A model generated the notes under the pieces. It searched no databases, was not told the origin of the DNA, and saw nothing but the letters and a program-made list of their open reading frames with translations. A DNA stretch of 64,000 nt, taken from Thermoplasmatota archaeon (GTDB lineage Archaea; Thermoplasmatota; Thermoplasmata; UBA10834). A program made the translations under genes and the position numbers. Below are positions 9,606 through 18,800 of the stretch, piece by piece; positions within the stretch are counted from its first letter, which is position 1, and the number at the start of each line of letters is the position of its first letter. Where the stretch lies: positions 6,335-70,334 of the forward strand of contig JAFGHM010000055.1 in NCBI GenBank assembly GCA_016930135.1. Reading direction: 5' to 3'.

Positions 9606-10641
9606 CGAGGAAGCACGGCAGACGCCTGCAGGACATGGATTCTCCATGCCAGCGGAATGGAATCCACATGCCGGATGCTTCATCTCCTGGCCATGTAGAG
9701 AGCTAACTTGGCATGGACACTTCGAGAACGCGAAGAGGGCTTACTCCGCGGTCGTCAAGGTGATTGACCGTTTTGATCCCGTGACTGTCCTCGCTGATCG
9801 TCTGACTGCTCAGGAGGCGCGGAGTAGACTTGGCCCAGAAGCCAGGATTGTCGAAGTGGCGCTTGATGATTCGTGGTCAAGGGACAACGGCCCGATCTTC
9901 GTCCGGAATGAAGACAATAGGGTAGCGCTTGTGAACTTCAGGTTCAACGGCTGGGGTCATAAGCAGCCGTGCGAGAAGGACGACATGCTTCCGATCCTGC
10001 TGGCTGAGCGATTGAGGATCAGGCGTTACGATGCACCTATGGTCCTCGAGGGGGGTGCTATAAGCGTTGATGGCGACGGGACATTGCTGACGACCGAACA
10101 GTGCTTGCTCAATGCCAACCGCAATCCCAGCATGTGCCGGGAGGAGATCGAGCAGGCACTCGCCAGCTATCTGGGCATAAGGAAGGTAGTCTGGCTCGCC
10201 AGAGGCTTGGAGGACGACATGACCGACGGACACGTTGATGGTGTCGCCGGGTTTGCGATGCCCCATGTTGTCCTGTCAGCGCACACAGATGATGACTCCG
10301 ACTCGAACTATCGCAACTTGAAGGAGAACCTGGCTCGCCTTGAATCCGCCACTGATGCCAAAGGACGGTCCCTGGAGCTGGTGAGCATGGTCCAGCCGAA
10401 GCCGATATTGGTCGGAGGTGTCTCCATAACGCCCAGCTATGTCAACCTCTACTTCGCCAATGGCGCCGTGGTCTTTCCGACCTACGGGATCCGAGAAGAT
10501 GATATCGCCCGTGAGACCCTCGTCTCTCTGTTTCCTGAGCGCGAGATCGTTGGCGTCAGGTGCGAGCACATCGGTATCGGAGGAGGGGATGTCCACTGCA
10601 TCACCCAGCAGCTACCGACGGGAGAGTCTCTGTACCCTTGA
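9586..10641 (+). CDS. aguA: Agmatine deiminase
   Basis: MPAEW, WSRDNGP, LEGGAISVDGDGT, DGHVD, GGGDVHCITQQ. Confidence 0.95.
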   Translation: MTMRNASEEARQTPAGHGFSMPAEWNPHAGCFISWPCRELTWHGHFENAKRAYSAVVKVIDRFDPVTVLADRLTAQEARSRLGPEARIVEVALDDSWSRDNGPIFVRNEDNRVALVNFRFNGWGHKQPCEKDDMLPILLAERLRIRRYDAPMVLEGGAISVDGDGTLLTTEQCLLNANRNPSMCREEIEQALASYLGIRKVVWLARGLEDDMTDGHVDGVAGFAMPHVVLSAHTDDDSDSNYRNLKENLARLESATDAKGRSLELVSMVQPKPILVGGVSITPSYVNLYFANGAVVFPTYGIREDDIARETLVSLFPEREIVGVRCEHIGIGGGDVHCITQQLPTGESLYP

Positions 10642-10801
10642 TGCAGTGTAGCAGCATTGCGAGAGGCAGCTTTGTCATGTTCAAACAGGAATCTTGGATT
10701 CTCCAACCGGGACCCTCAGGACTGGGTCCGTTCCAAGGTGACACGCATGTTCTCGACAAGTTTAAAATGCAGCCGAATCATTCCAGAGGGGGGAGGACAG
10801 C

Positions 10802-11842
10802 GTGGGCCTTGAACGGGATTCAGCTGCGACGGGATTTCACAAAGATAGATGGGCGCGGATTGTATCACTGCTGATTGCATCGTTGGTCATCTGCATGGTT
10901 CTGACGCCGACAGTTTCGACTGCCGGGTCGAAGCCGTCCAAGGAGCGAATGTACGTCGTTGGTGTGGTAGGCGACCCGACAGGCACACATCTGCCGATGA
11001 ACAACCCATACCGTCATCAGTACGACGATGTCGCAGATATGCTCTACGATTGGGATTTGGACAAGTTTCTGATGCTAGGAGATGCGCAGCACGAGAACGG
11101 CCTTCTCGAGGATTATCTGAAGTACTACGACTCGGAGTTCGGGAAGTTGCTGGACATCACGGCCCCCATTCCGGGCAACCACGACTACTACTGGGACTGG
11201 GAGCAGTTCCAGCTGCACGACCATCCGTTCGCCAGCTCCAACGGGTCAGGATACTTCGACTACTTCGGGGAGATCGCACACCCGCCGTTGGGGTTCTACT
11301 CGTTCGACCTGGGCTCTTGGCATATCATCGCGCTGAACTCCGAGATAATCCTGAACTACGATGTCACCGAGGTCGGGAGCCCGGCATACGAGCAGTATGA
11401 GTGGCTCAAGAGCGACCTGGCATCGCATCCCGAGAAGAGATATCCGGGCACGATAGCCATGCTTCACCACCCGCTGTTCACGTGGGAGACACCGGGCGCC
11501 CCCGGCTGGACCAGCCCCGAGCTGGTGCCTTTCTGGGAGCTCCTGTATGCTGCCGGGGTCGATCTCGTGTTCAACGGCCACTCGCACAACTACCAGCGCT
11601 GGGCGCCCCAGGATCCGTACGGCAACTACGATGCGGACGGCATCACCGAGTTCGTCGTTGGCACAGGAGGCTACTACATGAACGAGCTGGGCCACAAGCC
11701 TGTCCCTGAAAACTTCGTCTGGGGGCAGGACAGCGAGTTCGGCGCTCTGAAGTTGATGCTCTTCGACGGAAGCTACAGCTTCGAGTTCTGGTCGATATCC
11801 GGCGAAGTCCTCGACTCGGGATACGACATACCGTGCAACTGA
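10802..11842 (+). CDS. Secreted calcineurin-like metallophosphoesterase (purple acid phosphatase-like)
   Basis: Signal peptide; motifs VGD, LGDAQH, GNHD, HHP, GHSH. Confidence 0.9.
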   Translation: MGLERDSAATGFHKDRWARIVSLLIASLVICMVLTPTVSTAGSKPSKERMYVVGVVGDPTGTHLPMNNPYRHQYDDVADMLYDWDLDKFLMLGDAQHENGLLEDYLKYYDSEFGKLLDITAPIPGNHDYYWDWEQFQLHDHPFASSNGSGYFDYFGEIAHPPLGFYSFDLGSWHIIALNSEIILNYDVTEVGSPAYEQYEWLKSDLASHPEKRYPGTIAMLHHPLFTWETPGAPGWTSPELVPFWELLYAAGVDLVFNGHSHNYQRWAPQDPYGNYDADGITEFVVGTGGYYMNELGHKPVPENFVWGQDSEFGALKLMLFDGSYSFEFWSISGEVLDSGYDIPCN

Positions 11843-12318
11843 CCACTGCGACCCGACGAGGCATCGGAGGATGTCTCACGCTCAAACCCCGATGAACCCT
11901 TTCCCTTCTCATTTCTTCACGATCAGGCCCTGATTGCTGGCAGATTCCGTGCCAATATCAGCCCGCCCGCATGATATGTGCTCGTTGAAGACCATCTCAC
12001 AGATACGAGGCACGATTCGATTGTTCGGGGCTTCGAGTCATCATCGGTGAAAGCTGTGATTCTGGTTTGCAGGTAGCCGGATGTGAATCGAGATATCTGG
12101 CTATCCTCCAATCAGGAGATCTTGGTACGGAGATGGGAATATCTCTTCTCCTCACCTCGCGAAAGGTCCAGTCCAAAGGGAACGGCACATCGAACCTCAG
12201 CGATTGGCTCTTCCGCGATTAGAGGGTTCTTGGACGGGGATAGATTCTCGTCCTTCCCTCCAATACGGGGCAAACCGATAAATGGCATGTCATCATTCCC
12301 GCCGATTGGTGGCCGGCA

Positions 12319-13755
12319 ATGGCAGTCCTCAGATTCGGGTTCATGGACAGGCGGGAAGAAGACATCATCCACGCGCAGAGCGTCGAATGCCTCGAGAGGC
12401 TCGGCGTTCTCATACACAGCCAGAGCGTGCTTAGGATGCTTCATGAGGCGGGAGCCGAGGTGGACCTCAAGAAGGAGATTGCCAGGATTCCGGAGGAGGT
12501 CGTCAACGGCGCGATCAAGAAGGCTCCCAAGGCCATCACACTAGGTGCCAGGGACCCGAAGCGTGACCTCAAGATCCCTGTCTCGCGCTTTCCCTTCGTC
12601 TCGACCGGAGGGGTCACGGTCTTCATGACGGATTTCGAGACGGGAGAGCGGCGCAAGGCGACGAGCAAGGATCTCGCGGACTTCGCGAGGCTGACCGATG
12701 CGATGGACCCTGTGGACGCGTTCTGGCCGATAGTGACGACATCCGAAGTTCCCGCACATGCACAATTCGCCAATGAACTCTGGGTGTCTTTTCAGAACAC
12801 TACGAAGCACATCCTTGGCTCAGCTGGTTCGGGCACCCTTGGCACGCCAGACGCGAAAACTCAGATCGCTCTCGGGGCTCTCGTCGCGGGCGGCCCGGAG
12901 GAGCTCAGGAAACGGCCACTGTTCTCCGTGCTTAGCTGCATTGTGCCTCCGCTGGTGTTCGAGGCAGGTGCCGTGGAGGCGCAGGTTGAGTACGCGCGTG
13001 CGGGGATACCTATCATATCGATGTCCATGTGCATGGGAGGCATGACCGCCCCAGTAACGCTCGCGGGAACCATCCTCACCCTCAACGTCGAGAATCTAGC
13101 GAGCCTGGTCATCACCCAGGCAGCGGCTCCCGGAGCCTCCCACATATACTGTTCCGAGGCGACGCTCGGCGACGTCGTGACGGGACAGATCGGCTATCGG
13201 GGCCCCGAGGCGCCGATGATATTCGCCGCAGCTGCACAGATGGCCCGCAGGTATGGCCTTCCGAAGATGGCCGGCATACTGGGCATCGATGGAGAGGCCC
13301 CGGGCGTGTCCGTTCCCTTTGGCGAGGTCTCCGCGGTGATGCTCTCAACGATGTCGGGGACTGACCTGTGCTCAGGTGTAGGGGGACTAGACCTCGACAA
13401 GGGATGCTCCCTGGAGCAGGTCGTGATAGACTCCCTGATGTGGGAGGAATACCGCGCGTTCATGAGGGATTTTCCCGTGACGGAGGAGACCGCCGCGCTG
13501 AAGGTCATTGAGAGGGTAGAGCAGGGGAACACCTTCCTCAACGATCTGCACACGGTTCGGAACTTCAGGGGCCAGATGCTCATGAGAACCAAGAAGATGG
13601 AGCTGTATGGGGCTACCATGTCGGACAGGATGGTTGCAGATGCGAAGGATGTGGTGAGAAAGACCCTCAAGGAGCATTCAGTGGAACAGTTGGACAAGGA
13701 CATGCTGGTAAAAGGAAACGAGATTATCAACGCGTATGCGGGATCGCAGAGGTGA
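12319..13755 (+). CDS. Trimethylamine methyltransferase (MttB) superfamily protein, non-pyrrolysine
   Basis: IHAQSVECLERLGV, RRKATSKDLADFARL, NTTKH, GMTAPVTLAG, SLEQVVID; no in-frame TAG. Confidence 0.9.
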   Translation: MAVLRFGFMDRREEDIIHAQSVECLERLGVLIHSQSVLRMLHEAGAEVDLKKEIARIPEEVVNGAIKKAPKAITLGARDPKRDLKIPVSRFPFVSTGGVTVFMTDFETGERRKATSKDLADFARLTDAMDPVDAFWPIVTTSEVPAHAQFANELWVSFQNTTKHILGSAGSGTLGTPDAKTQIALGALVAGGPEELRKRPLFSVLSCIVPPLVFEAGAVEAQVEYARAGIPIISMSMCMGGMTAPVTLAGTILTLNVENLASLVITQAAAPGASHIYCSEATLGDVVTGQIGYRGPEAPMIFAAAAQMARRYGLPKMAGILGIDGEAPGVSVPFGEVSAVMLSTMSGTDLCSGVGGLDLDKGCSLEQVVIDSLMWEEYRAFMRDFPVTEETAALKVIERVEQGNTFLNDLHTVRNFRGQMLMRTKKMELYGATMSDRMVADAKDVVRKTLKEHSVEQLDKDMLVKGNEIINAYAGSQR

Positions 13756-13789
13756 GAAGAGAGATCCGACAGAGATGCATGCATAGGAC

Positions 13790-14175
13790 GTGCATGGGGC
13801 GCCCACTTGGTGACCAACTACAGGAAGTAGCAGTTCTTCGAAGACAAGGAATACCACGGCAGCACGATCAGCAAGCACAGTCGGATATATCTGCAGGAGG
13901 ACAACCCTCCAGTGGAGGGCGAGAAACTGACCTTCGGTCACCCTGGGCTATTGGGAATGAAGCGCAAGGACGCAACTAGCAGCTTGGAAGGAGACTACAT
14001 AGATACTGGGATCTACGACGGCAGAGACAACCTGATCGGCTGGATTGAGATATCAGGCACCAGCCATGGGAAGATGCCCAGCGCGAATACCATCCGGTGG
14101 ATCGAGGTCATAGCTACGGTTCTCGGACTACTGCTGACCGTTCGCGGATACGCAGGCGGAAACGGCAAGTGCTGA
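13790..14175 (+). pseudogene. 5'-truncated remnant of a GAF-like protein, paralog of 49210-49842
   Basis: LEGDYIDTGIYDGRDNLIGWIEISG...GKMPSANTIRWIEVIA aligns with [24 protein letters not shown]...GKMPSSDTVRWIEVIA; in-frame TAG 13828-13830; N-terminal ~90 aa missing. Confidence 0.75.
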
Positions 14176-14384
14176 TAGTCGCCTCTTGAGTGGGGTTGTC
14201 CTTGGCCTTCGGATGCAGGATAGGATCTGTGCCGAATCCCCGGTCTGAAGACGGAGGCGCTTCGGCTTCAGTCACTGTTAGTGCGTAGGCCTTTGCTGTA
14301 CTGATTCCACTGCCCTTCAAGAGGAGGCCGAGTGGACTGGCATCCGGTCTGTTTTCGTCCTTGAGCTGCTCGCAGCAAGATTGA

Positions 14385-14403
14385 TATATAAGAATATGCT
14401 TAT
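14385..14403 (+). promoter_or_regulatory. TATA box overlapping a putative ArsR/SmtB operator
   Basis: TATATAAG at 14385-14392, ~25 nt before ATG 14410/14413; inverted repeat ATAAG-N6-CTTAT at 14388-14403. Confidence 0.55.
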
Positions 14404-14409
14404 GGTCTT

Positions 14410-14784
14410 ATGATGCCGAAGAAGTTCCATTGGGAGAAGCTCGGGGAGCGGATGGTCCCCGTCCTCAGGGCTCTGGGCGATCTCAACCGCATGAAGATAA
14501 TCAAGATCCTGGCCTCGAATCCAGAGCACAGTCTCTGCGTTTCGGAGATAGCTGAGATGATAGGCATCACCCAGCCCGCGACATCCCAGCACATCAAGGT
14601 TCTGGGAAACAGCGGCATCCTCGTGCCGAAGCGTGTTCAGAACCGCACATACTACTCAATCAACTCCCAGCAGCTGCGAGAGTACAACGAGATCATCGAC
14701 CACATGTTCAGGATGGCCTTTGTCCGTTGTGAGTATGATGGAGATTGTGACAACTGTCCGATCAGGAAGGATTGCTACGCATGA
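14410..14784 (+). CDS. ArsR/SmtB family transcriptional regulator with a C-terminal Cys cluster
   Basis: LRALGDLNRMKII, LCVSEIAE..GITQPATSQHIKVL; tail CEYDGDCDNCPIRKDC. Confidence 0.92.
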   Translation: MMPKKFHWEKLGERMVPVLRALGDLNRMKIIKILASNPEHSLCVSEIAEMIGITQPATSQHIKVLGNSGILVPKRVQNRTYYSINSQQLREYNEIIDHMFRMAFVRCEYDGDCDNCPIRKDCYA

Positions 14785-15383
14785 GTTTTGATGAATGCCG
14801 CGTTCTGGAGGCAGGAGGACCTAGGACAAGATCAAGGGCACGAATCAACTTCCTCGTCGATTTGACCGCTGGGTCTGCGTTCGTGCTTTCAGTCCTCAGT
14901 GGCAAGAGCTACTACATCCATATTGTTGCAGGACTGGCGTTGACTGCCGCTGTCACGGCACACCTGGGTTTGCACTGGAACTGGTTTGCCGCCTTCTCAA
15001 GAAGGCTATCCATTTGGCATGCTCATAGAAGAGTGCGGCAAAGGACGAACGACCTTGTCGATGTCTTCATTGCTGCGATGTTTGTCATCAGCACAGCCTC
15101 CGGCCTTGGCTTGCTCTCTGCTGATTCGGCTGCCCTCGGCAAGATACACGGGCTCAGCGGCTGGATGTTCGTCCTGGGGGCGGCCGTCCACATTGCGCTT
15201 CACAGGAGGTGGGTGGTCTCGATGTTGCGGAGATCGTCGACCAGATCCACTGTGAGCACGGTGCCCCTGCGGCGCACCGCACTTCCTGGGCACGGACCAG
15301 GTCAACTTGAAGGGGGCATAGTAATGCTCTCCAATGCTGGCGAGACCCCGCCAGTTGCAGACTACGGAGGTGAGACATCGTGA
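14781..15383 (+). CDS. DUF4405-like membrane protein (two His-bearing repeats)
   Basis: Repeated N.LVD....F...SG...H...G......H..LH..W units; ATGA overlap with the ArsR gene. Confidence 0.7.
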   Translation: MSFDECRVLEAGGPRTRSRARINFLVDLTAGSAFVLSVLSGKSYYIHIVAGLALTAAVTAHLGLHWNWFAAFSRRLSIWHAHRRVRQRTNDLVDVFIAAMFVISTASGLGLLSADSAALGKIHGLSGWMFVLGAAVHIALHRRWVVSMLRRSSTRSTVSTVPLRRTALPGHGPGQLEGGIVMLSNAGETPPVADYGGETS

Positions 15384-15976
15384 AGGAATCGGGCAATTCC
15401 AGGAAGATGGATTTCGAGCGGCCGTCTGCGCTCTTCCGCCTGGAAGACCGGCTGAAGGCCGTGCTGGGCGAGCGCTTCCTGTACAGGCCTTTCTACGAGA
15501 AGAACGGCGGCTTCAGGGGCGATGAGCGAGTGCTTGACTTCGGATGCGGAGGAGGCGTCGGGACAAGGTGCATCTCGAGCCTGTTGACCCATGGCGGGAG
15601 TGTCACAGGGGTCGACGTTTCTTCGTTCATGCTGGAGAGGGCCAGGAAACGCCTCAGAGAGCATGCTAATGCGGCCGTGTTACATGGGGACATCCGCGCA
15701 CTAGACCTGGGAACGGATGCTTTCGACGTGATATCCGAGGTCCACGTCCTGCATGATATCGATTCGAATGAAAGGGCTTCCTACGTCGAGGCTCTCGCCC
15801 TTATTCTGAGGCCTGAAGGTCGAATATGGGTGCTCGAGCCAACGAGACAGAGCCACGGCATGCCGGTGGAGGAGATAAGGGCCTTGATGTCCAGGGCAGG
15901 ACTAGAGGAGGTTCTGCACGAAGCAAACGGCAAGGAATATCGAGGGGTCTTCCGGAGGAAAGGAGAGACCACATGA
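15380..15976 (+). CDS. Class I SAM-dependent methyltransferase
   Basis: VLDFGCGGG, GVDVS, FDVI..VHVLHD, LRPEG. Confidence 0.9.
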   Translation: MKESGNSRKMDFERPSALFRLEDRLKAVLGERFLYRPFYEKNGGFRGDERVLDFGCGGGVGTRCISSLLTHGGSVTGVDVSSFMLERARKRLREHANAAVLHGDIRALDLGTDAFDVISEVHVLHDIDSNERASYVEALALILRPEGRIWVLEPTRQSHGMPVEEIRALMSRAGLEEVLHEANGKEYRGVFRRKGETT

Positions 15977-16062
15977 GGTTCCCTGAGAGGGTCGCCTGAG
16001 GGCGTGACTGGTGCAGCGGGCTCTTGAGCATGAGATCTGATTGCAGGATTGAGGGCTCACTT

Positions 16063-16545
16063 CTACTCATCCGCAGTGCGGCGGAGCCGCCGTGCGATTC
16101 CAACTGCTAGATTCATCATTGGCACTCTCTGTGCGTAGAGCCTGTATCGATCCCCGAATCTCTCGGTGATCTGCTTGTCCTCCGACCGGACAAGGAGGTA
16201 GCAGCAGTATGCGGCCACAAGGCTGCTGAACGCGATTATCAGGTTCTGGCCAAAGAAGATATGCGAAATGAACAGAACCATTCCGCCCACGTACATCGGA
16301 TGCCGGACGATGCCGAAGATCCCGCCCTCGACGAGATTGTCTGTTCCCTTCCTGATGAGGGTCAAAGCAGAGAGAACGACCAGCAACGCGCCAATTCCGA
16401 GGAGAATCCATCCCAACAAGATTAGCTCCTCAATGACCGAGCCAATCGTATTCAGGAAGTTGTTGAGCAGAAGGATGTTCAGGAAGAAGATGAACCCCAG
16501 AATGCCCATCAGAACATTGTCCTTCGTTCTCCGATTCATCGTCAT
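16063..16545 (-). CDS. Isoprenylcysteine carboxylmethyltransferase / phospholipid methyltransferase family membrane protein
   Basis: LVEGGIFGIVRHPMYVG, EDKQITERFGDRYRLYAQRVP; GGAGG RBS before ATG 16545. Confidence 0.88.
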   Translation of the reverse strand: MTMNRRTKDNVLMGILGFIFFLNILLLNNFLNTIGSVIEELILLGWILLGIGALLVVLSALTLIRKGTDNLVEGGIFGIVRHPMYVGGMVLFISHIFFGQNLIIAFSSLVAAYCCYLLVRSEDKQITERFGDRYRLYAQRVPMMNLAVGIARRLRRTADE

Positions 16546-16647
16546 TCCCGATTCCTCCCTGGAACAGACCCAACGCTTCCAGAGGCCATTATCGCTTTTA
16601 GAGCTTTCCCCTTTGAGCAAGTTTGATCCTTGGCAGCCCTCTTTCAG

Positions 16648-17721
16648 TCACATCGATATGATTCGTAGATGCTCGAAGCTCTCGTACGCTGCGAGGATGA
16701 TCTGGAGGGCGCGGTAGCCATCCTCCCCCGCGATCTCAGGAGCCTCATCATCCCGGACGCTCCGAGCGAAGGAATCTATCTGAAGCCCGAACTGAGCTGG
16801 ATGCGGACGGTCCAAGACTGCGATGTCTCTCTGCCCGTCCTTGTCGAAACAGAATAGCTTGTTGGGATATGGATAGACCCTGAGTGCTCCCTCCGTGCCG
16901 TGTATGCGGAGGCTGACAGGGTGAGGGTCCCAGGCTGGTCCTCCAGCGCTTTCGTATGGGCCCAAGCTGAATATGCCCTCTTCGGGCAGGTCGGAGAAAA
17001 AGGTCCCCTCGTTGCACACGAATTGGCCAATCGCTCCACCTCTGGCTTTCATGGTCAGCAGCTCCGTGGTCGGCGGCTGACCCGCTCTGACTCCGCGCCC
17101 GAACACCCACTCGACCTCACTTGATGTGAACCAACGGAACAGATCTGCAAGATGTATCCCGTGGTCTGTCAGCCCCATTGGGCCCGAGCCAGGCGCTCCA
17201 CTCGGATATATGCCGTATGCTTCGAAGCCCTTGGCCCCGGATCCGCCCACCAAGACCTCGAGGACCAGGGAGACTTCTCCGAGCTGACCTGCATTGATCA
17301 TCTCCTTGGCCTTCCTGCAGGTCGGGAAGAACCTGAACGACTCTCCATAGAACAGTTTGACGCCATTCCGTTGGCACGCATCTATCATCGACCTGGCCCC
17401 GTCGAGGGTCAAGGCCATGGGCTTCTCGACCAGGACGTTCACCCCGGCCTCCGCCACCTGCTCAGTGACCGCAGGAGCGAACCTGGGGCCGGTCGTGACG
17501 CAAGCGATGTCCAGGTCCTCCTTCCTGAGCATGTCCCGGAAATCCTGATAGGGACTGATGCTCCATTGCCTGCAGACGTCACGGCGCAAGTCCTCCCGCA
17601 ACTCCGCCCCTGCCACAGCCTGAGCCTCAGTGGCAGTCCTCATGCCCGGCAGATGGCATACCTGGACGACGTGGCCCAGTCCAATGAATCCCACTTTGAG
17701 TTTGCCCATCTGGTCGTTCAC
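16648..17721 (-). CDS. Gfo/Idh/MocA family NAD(P)-dependent oxidoreductase
   Basis: VGFIGLG Rossmann motif, VLVEKPMA, DHGIH..D. Confidence 0.93.
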   Translation of the reverse strand: MNDQMGKLKVGFIGLGHVVQVCHLPGMRTATEAQAVAGAELREDLRRDVCRQWSISPYQDFRDMLRKEDLDIACVTTGPRFAPAVTEQVAEAGVNVLVEKPMALTLDGARSMIDACQRNGVKLFYGESFRFFPTCRKAKEMINAGQLGEVSLVLEVLVGGSGAKGFEAYGIYPSGAPGSGPMGLTDHGIHLADLFRWFTSSEVEWVFGRGVRAGQPPTTELLTMKARGGAIGQFVCNEGTFFSDLPEEGIFSLGPYESAGGPAWDPHPVSLRIHGTEGALRVYPYPNKLFCFDKDGQRDIAVLDRPHPAQFGLQIDSFARSVRDDEAPEIAGEDGYRALQIILAAYESFEHLRIISM

Positions 17722-17759
17722 CCTTCTGATCGTGCCTTGGACTACAGCCGCAGAACCTC

Positions 17760-18710
17760 CTACTCAATCCCCAGGAGTGTCCTCGCCTGTCTTGCAGTCC
17801 CGATTTCCCTGCCCAGCTCGCGTGCGATCGTGGCGACCTTTCGCACCGCCTGCGCATTGCTGCTGATCTTCTCGTCGCGATGCGGATATATCCAGAGATG
17901 GTCCTCCATACCAACTCGGACGAAATCGACTCCGAGCAATATGGCGAGAGTCGTCATCGGGAGCCAGTTCCTCCCGCCAATGCTCGCCTCGACCACCGAA
18001 CCCGGAGGAACCATCTTCATGAAGCCAAGCAGATAGAGCATCCCCCATGGATCCGGATATGTATCCGCTGAGTTGTGCATGCCTGGTCCGAGACCGATGA
18101 AGTAGGGTTTCTTGATGAGTCCCGGCTTGATGAGCCACTCCCTTACGTTCACAAGGCCTTCTCCGTCATGCGCCATGAATTCCGGCTTGATCCCCATGGA
18201 TTCCAGGTATGTGATTGTCTTGACCGCATTGTCCTCGGCTGCGAGGCAGATCCAGCCGTCCAGGTAGTAGGAGATCGTCGTGAAGATTGTCGACTGCATG
18301 TACCTCTTGTCGATGCTGTGGAGGGCGTCGACCATTGGCTTGACCGTCTCGTAACTGTAGTCTCCCGACTGAGGGTCGTATCCCTCCGCTGAGCTCGGCT
18401 GGATTATCATGTCAGGGCAGCTGTCCAGGATTGGCGCTATCGTCTCCGAGAGGGTCTTGGTGTTGGTGAGAGAATCGCCCTTTTCGTCCCGATTGTGCAG
18501 ATGCGCCATACACGCTCCCTCAGCGTACGATTCAATCGCTGCTGTCGAGATCTCTCTTGGGGTGTACGGCTGGTTGGGGTTCTGTCTTCTCGAGAAGAGT
18601 GCGCCAGTCGGACATACAGTTATGAAAAGAGGCTTGTCCATTGTTAGGTTCTTCTCTTGTCTCTCGACCATCTTCGCCCATGAAACCCCCTCGAACTCCT
18701 TCTCGACCAT
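17760..18710 (-). CDS. Beta-keto acid cleavage enzyme (BKACE, 3-keto-5-aminohexanoate cleavage family, DUF849)
   Basis: ITVCPTGA, PYTPREI, Zn-binding HLHNRD, RVGMED, SNAQAV..V.TIARELGREI. Confidence 0.93.
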   Translation of the reverse strand: MVEKEFEGVSWAKMVERQEKNLTMDKPLFITVCPTGALFSRRQNPNQPYTPREISTAAIESYAEGACMAHLHNRDEKGDSLTNTKTLSETIAPILDSCPDMIIQPSSAEGYDPQSGDYSYETVKPMVDALHSIDKRYMQSTIFTTISYYLDGWICLAAEDNAVKTITYLESMGIKPEFMAHDGEGLVNVREWLIKPGLIKKPYFIGLGPGMHNSADTYPDPWGMLYLLGFMKMVPPGSVVEASIGGRNWLPMTTLAILLGVDFVRVGMEDHLWIYPHRDEKISSNAQAVRKVATIARELGREIGTARQARTLLGIE

Positions 18711-18800
18711 TCCAATCCCCGATCCTCCGGTTCAGCGGATGGCCGGTGTAGGGTTTATGCCGGCATAATCCTTATCTATCTCTCCAGTCGGGGTGAAGAC

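Noticed and set aside
13828-13830. In-frame TAG codons (290, 13828, 60820) as pyrrolysine or amber recoding
   Set aside because: Each lies in a gene with other lesions (truncation, TAA/TGA stops or deletion); both MttB genes lack TAG, and TAG is a normal stop for many intact genes here.
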